64,000 nucleotides of DNA from Perkinsus chesapeaki ATCC PRA-425. Its lineage: Eukaryota; Protista; Perkinsozoa. Of the stretch, positions 58,469 to 64,000 are shown piece after piece. The notes beneath the pieces were generated by a model. The model was not told the DNA's origin and did not search any database. It was given only the letters and a program-made list of their open reading frames with translations. The number at the start of each line of letters is the position of its first letter. The stretch's first letter is position 1. The stretch spans positions 1-64,000 of the forward strand of contig JAAPAO010000115.1 in assembly GCA_013115145.1 (NCBI GenBank). Reading direction: 5' to 3'. The translations under genes and the position numbers were made by a program.

Positions 58469-58521
58469 CTTGAACGGTGAACCTTAATTTGCTACTAGCA
58501 AATGAAGGTTTACCGTTCAAG
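58469..58521. repeat. 53-nt near-perfect inverted repeat (26-bp arms, 1-nt spacer)
   Basis: cttgaacggtgaaccttaatttgcta-c-tagcaaatgaaggtttaccgttcaag; 24 of 26 positions complementary. Confidence 0.95.
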
Positions 58522-59795
58522 TCATCAAAAGGCCTTCAAAACTGTTCAGGTTTACATGTAATAGTTGCATCGAATAAGCTCAACTGGGCTAATTAGGGCA
58601 CTATTCAACCAATGTTGACTGATTCAGCAAGGTTAATAAGTTAGAGTCGAAACGTGATCATTGTTCAAAATTGAGTCGATGCCATGTCATTCAAAAGTCT
58701 GATACTATTACACCATTACTTCCACTAACAATGATAATCTTTACTCATGTGTATATATGTTCTTCAGTGTGTTCGATCTTGGTATTCCAAAATGAAAAAC
58801 AACTTAATAATTTCATCAACTTTGGGACTAGAACATGAAACTTTCGATGTCATGAAAGGATGGTACGTCCTAAGCATTAGAAAACATTTCATGTCTATTG
58901 TCATAATCGATCACGAACCGTTTACATAGTTAGGGCGAGCAAGATCTTTTACACCTCTGCGCGCTGTCCAGTATGCGTATCCAGTGGATACTGTCCAATT
59001 CGCTCTGCGCACATACATGTATTAAGATGAACCATTCCTCCTACCGAATCAGCTGAATTCTCGTACAGAATCTGGTCAATGACCGCTGAAAGTGCGCTTG
59101 GCACTTCCAGAGAGGGAAAAAAGCCAATGAAGTTCCACAACACGCACTGAGGCTGTCATCGGGCAACTCAAGCACGAAATACGCTCTTCACTCGAGAGGC
59201 CCCAAGAGTCTCGAAGCCACAGCATGGCTGAGCGGTGTCAATGACGAGCCGTATCGGGTAAAATAGGTGATTCCGTGGATGTTGCGTTTGTCTTCTCTCG
59301 CATTCTTATTCTATTTTTCAACAGATCGACGAATAGTTGGATAACTCAAACTGATAAAACGCAACCTTATTGTGTTTTGTCATCAACCACTGCAGCATTG
59401 GCATGTTGGACATCTCAAAACCAAGTGGCTTCCGCGGCCGATCGCTTTCGCCGTTTTTTCTTTTTCTTTTTTTCATTTGAATCAACTCCCTCTTCAATCG
59501 CCACATCAACAGACGCGTCCTCTTCACCACCGAACCAGCTACCATACCAGTTCGAGATCTGAAATCCACTTGCTTTCGTTCAATAGTTCGTTGGGGGTGG
59601 GACGAATGCATGGAGTGCAACGGGAGTGCTTATGCAGGTATCGAGAGATTTTCCTATAACTCCGAACGGCTTAAATCAGGCTGAGCCACACATTTAGAGG
59701 AAAACCTTAATCGAACTTCCTTTGGAGCACCTCTACCGACTCTATCGCATCGATAAGTACGAGGACCCCGAGGAATATTAATCCTGTTGCCCAAG

Positions 59796-61798
59796 TCAAT
59801 ATTCCGACTCTGCTCGATTCATTTGCAGAATAATACTGCCGCAGTAACTATACGATACTTTCACTGATGAACTTCGAAGATTTGACGAGAAGATGGAAAG
59901 GACTTTTTGCCGACGTTTTGATTTGACAATGTCCATGAATGGGCAAGACCGACTTACTTTCCCTCCCCAAGTGCTGTCATATTTCTCCATCGCAGCTTTA
60001 TTGGCCATTTCAAGATTCAATTTCTCTTCTTCGGCTTCCCGCCTGACCTGTTGGAGCACTTCCTCCTTTCGACCTACTCGGCCAAAATGCAATTGAAATC
60101 ATATCTTAGCGGAGCGAAGCCTACCGAGGAACATTGCCTCATCCATGGCTGCTTTCTTCGCCAGCAATTGGGCTTTCATCTGATCGAACAGTTTAAATAA
60201 GGTGAATATTAAATCAATTAATTTCGGGGCAATTTCCACAATTCCATTCTGGGTTTTTCGCCCGTCAGTTCAGCTGAATGAGACCTCCGGCGAGAGAGGC
60301 GTACCTCTACATCGATAATGTCTCAGCCAGTTGGAGCGAAGGCCAGAATTGATCACGAATCCTCAAACGTGTCAGGTTTTTAAGATCCTATCCTACGGTA
60401 ACTCGACTTACAAATTCTACGACCGGAACGACTGAGAAGGCCATACAACGACAGCTCGGAAACGACATCGGCTTTTAGCGTTCATTCGCATTTAACGAGA
60501 TTCCAACGTGCCATATGATAGTCGTCAACCGGCTTACCGGATGCATCCCCATTTTAATATTCTCTCTCGTCTTCTTCTTCCATAAGGCTTGGAACTGGAC
60601 ACCTTTGGTTTGCTTCAACTGCAACGCTGCATACTTCTGAGCAGCACTCCTGGCCGACTCTGGACTCTCGCCCGACGCTGTCAATTTCTAAACAAAAAAA
60701 GCTCCACAACACATGCAGGTTTGACGAGATCCATCACAGTTCGACAAGCTGCTCTGCACACATTTGAATATCTTCACCAAGCATTATCCCATCGAACCCA
60801 AGTCCTACCGCCCCCACTTACTGCCGCATATTTCTCAGTCAGGGCCTCAAAATGCTTCCGGAAGGTCTCCCGGGCCCTTTGCTCCGATCGATAGTGAACT
60901 TCACATTCATCAAACGCAGCTCCAATGTCGATGCACTCCCCCCCTTTTCGGAACTTCACATTTTTAACTTTGTCCTTTATCGATCCAAACAGTTGTGTTA
61001 AAACCTAAGCAGTGCGAAAGATACTCCACCATACTCCGATAACCGAGGGATCATCAGAGATTCTGCTGATTGTTATTATAAGCCTCTTACGACCACATTT
61101 TAATTTAGAGGGGTCTCCAAGAAAAGCGTTGAGGAACTGCAAGATTGCAAGATTTCAAGACCTACTGGTGTCATTTCCTTCGGCATCCGTCCTCCGACAT
61201 TCTTATTAGCCCTAACTCCAAACCACCGTGTGCCCTAAGAACCCAAGTCCCAGGTTCGATCCCGGCCTCCCGCATTTTGATCATACCTCCACTGATCCCA
61301 ATTTCTGCTTCACCATCACCAACAATGCCACACTAGGATTCCCATTATCTTCGCAAATCTTCGTTCCACCGATTTCCGCGCCAAAACTTTTCGGTTTAGT
61401 TGTTAAACCGGCAAGATCAATCCCATACCTAAAATGCCCTAGCCGGGATTCGAACCCACGACCACTTACCCCTTCGGATAAAATCCAATACTTCTGAAGT
61501 GCCTCAATTTATATTGCTAATAAATAACAACTGTAATCGATCATCCGGGCGAGCGCTTTCTTACATCCGAGCACGTAGCCGACACCACGAGACCCTTCAC
61601 TTTGTCCGGCAATCGATGCAGTTCGACGCTCAAGATTGATAAGCTTGACTTTGGTAAAACTTTCAATCGGATGGCCGACTTGTATAATTGTGGATCCACT
61701 TTATTCACTTTTCCCTGAAGACATGAAAATTTCTCAAATCTCCATGGAGCTCCTCCTCCTCCTGATGATGATGGTGGTGGCGACTCAGAATCCGACAT
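59796..61798 (-). CDS. One or two multi-exon hypothetical genes
   Basis: Frame-preserving GT-AG junctions give SIGFYPKG|YGIDLAG...LGSVE|GTRWFGVRAN...EMTP|FLNAFLGDP and EAMFL|GRKEEVLQQVRREAEEEK; no family recognised. Confidence 0.5.
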
Positions 61799-62799
61799 TT
61801 CTCAATGTGGATTTATTCTGCTTATTTATGGAAAATACTTTCAGTGTAACTTTCACTTTATTCAGTGTTTATTCTCGTCAAAGTTATCATACACTCAAAG
61901 ATAGAGCATGCCAAACACCACCGTTTATTATTCACCAAAGCGTATTTGATCAAACACTATTACCAGTACAGTTCGAGCCTATACAACCGACGGGCAGTTT
62001 ATTAAATACCAGTATCGGTATCGACCCAGGCATCTGCCGCGGACAAGGACGGGAAACCATCGGAATTTCAGCTAATATTGCATCGCTGAAACCTGAACTC
62101 GCCACGTTGCATGTTTCATGCATCTCGGAAATCTTATGATGAATTTATTGAACTCAAACAGCGGACATGCCCGAAAATCGGCATCGCTCCGCCCCCCCAC
62201 TCACGATTGCTTTTCCACTGCCATCATAGGCCTCGCAGTTCAGCGTCACGGCGGCCGGCACAGGTCTTCCTAATTCATCCTCTTTATCCCCCCGACCGAT
62301 TGGCCAATACTTAAGATGGATGTCAACCTGATGAAAGCGAATAGAGCTCGATGATCCGGTCAGATTGAGGAGTCGAAGATGTTCCCCATGTCACAAATGC
62401 AACCACAGTAAAGAGGGCAATGAAGATTCCCGTGGGGGAATTTCACCAAGTCGGATTTGGCAAATCCCTGCCGCCTTTTACGTTCCACAAATATCTACCG
62501 AGAAACGCAGACATCTCGTGAAAAGCGTTTTTTCAGCACGAGCAAGACCTGCATGATCCCACACGAAACCCAATCGGATCCGAGAAGGGCCAAGAAGAAA
62601 ATTGACACGCTCAGGAAGAAATGTGAGCCCGTGAATGCTGAAAACCGAGCATTTTTCAAGTGTGTAATTCATTCCCATTCAACCTCACCTGCCGCTTCTT
62701 GGCATCCAATCTCGGCCCGGTGAAAACGTCCAAGGTGTCCGCTGGTAGCCCGAAGTATCTTGAGGTTGACCTTGCACTTTTCAACCCCGAAAGATACTC

Positions 62800-63270
62800 T
62801 ACTTACGCCATTGTATCTCCTACTAGCTTATCGACTATACCAACTTCATCATCAACAATTTGCAACTCTGAAGAGCCCTCGGCAATACTGTGCCTACATT
62901 TAGCGCGCGCCCCGCTGATCGATTTGGCATCCCACCAGTGGCTTACTCAGACAGGACAGGCTTTCTTCCCTCACCGGGCTGATCCCAACTAACCTTCGCG
63001 TAGCTGAGTAGCAAGCTATCATAATCGATCACGTGATCGATTATTCTTACCCTGGTCCTTTGAACACTCTATACCCTTCTTCGTTCCCTTGCAGATCAGC
63101 AAAGCCAACAACTTCACCGGGTTCTGTCGGAACTGATAGAAAAACCGTGAACTCGTAAAAGAAAAATTTTACGAGTTTTACGTAAATTAGCAGGAGCCTC
63201 TCAGCCTCCCCGAGAACAGTACTCATATAATTATCGACTTCAGATTTACCAGGGAGAATAATTAAAAAAT
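62800..63270 (-). CDS. Exons of a multi-exon hypothetical gene (ends not resolved)
   Basis: EPGEVVGFADLQGNEEGYRVFKGPG|YAKVSWDQPGEGRKPVLSE|HSIAEGSSELQIVDDEV joined across GT-AG introns with frame preserved. Confidence 0.45.
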
Positions 63271-63877
63271 TTTGACGGAAATTTTTGCCAAAAATTCCTC
63301 TCCATGGCAAATTTTCGGCACTTAACTGAAGAAGCCCGAACTATAGTAGATTCGATGCCCCTCTTCTCACCCGGCAAATCCTCTTCATCAGAATTCTTGC
63401 CAGGTTCAAAAAACCCAACCCGCGGACGAACGCGCGCGTGCACGTAGACATTGTGACATGTCAACTTGGAGCGCTCGTTGGAATCAAGTCCGAATCTGGA
63501 AAGATACTTCTGTCATATATTGCCCAGTGCGATGTTGTACAATTTCAGGCCTTCCTCAAGAGCTTGCTCCGCCATTTTACCGGTCGCTCGAACCTAACCG
63601 CAAAACAACTGGACTTGTGGGCGGTGCTGGTGATATATGTTTACATTCAGCGACTCATAACGATTGGCAAGTGACTGCTAAAGTACGGCCAAATGAAGAT
63701 TGAGCACCTCAGGAAAGTATCTTTACGTAAAAAAAATTTATGCAGTTTTCATACCTGCCGTATCAATCGTAATCAAGGCAGGAATTCGCCACGAATTAAA
63801 TCTTGAAACCTATTCGTCAGATTTTTGGGGTATCCTTTTCATAGCCCAATTTTGCACAATCGATTTACTAGTATAAA

Positions 63878-63927
63878 TTTTGGGAAAATTTTCCCAAATT
63901 TTCCCAGATTTTCCCAAATTTTCCGGA
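63878..63927. repeat. Short low-complexity tandem repeat, (aaattttccc)-like x4
   Basis: ggaaaattttcccaaattttcccagattttcccaaattttccggaa. Confidence 0.85.
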
Positions 63928-64000
63928 ATATTTTTTTTTCTTACCGCTTCCTCCGCCTTCCCAATAATTCTCTGAATGACGCCATCCTCACCTTGGAACC

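Overview
Eukaryotic nuclear DNA, most likely a perkinsid alveolate (Perkinsus-like). This is inferred from gene content (tandem single-exon subtilisins, pepsin-like protease, POT transporter, intron-containing mitochondrial-type HslU), many 30-70 nt GT-AG introns and tightly packed same-strand genes; no database search was run. Recognisable genes: a dynamin-related GTPase (partial), a POT/PTR transporter, two GGCT + cytochrome-b5-like fusion paralogs, four F-box-like/beta-propeller genes, tRNA-Ser(GCU), two subtilisins, RPC3, a DUF726/TMCO4 protein, PLRG1/PRL1 (with a nested antisense gene), RPL3, HslU, an aspartyl protease and several small secreted proteins, three of them Cys-rich and missed or split by the ORF track. 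The most striking signal is in the introns. Several 41-52 nt introns of unrelated genes consist largely or entirely of the 3' half of a tRNA gene (T-arm/B-box, acceptor strand, oligo-T terminator), in either orientation. Other short introns share at least four further sequence families. This points to a possible undescribed route of intron creation or an intron-borne DNA-binding code. Exon boundaries were read by eye and are approximate.
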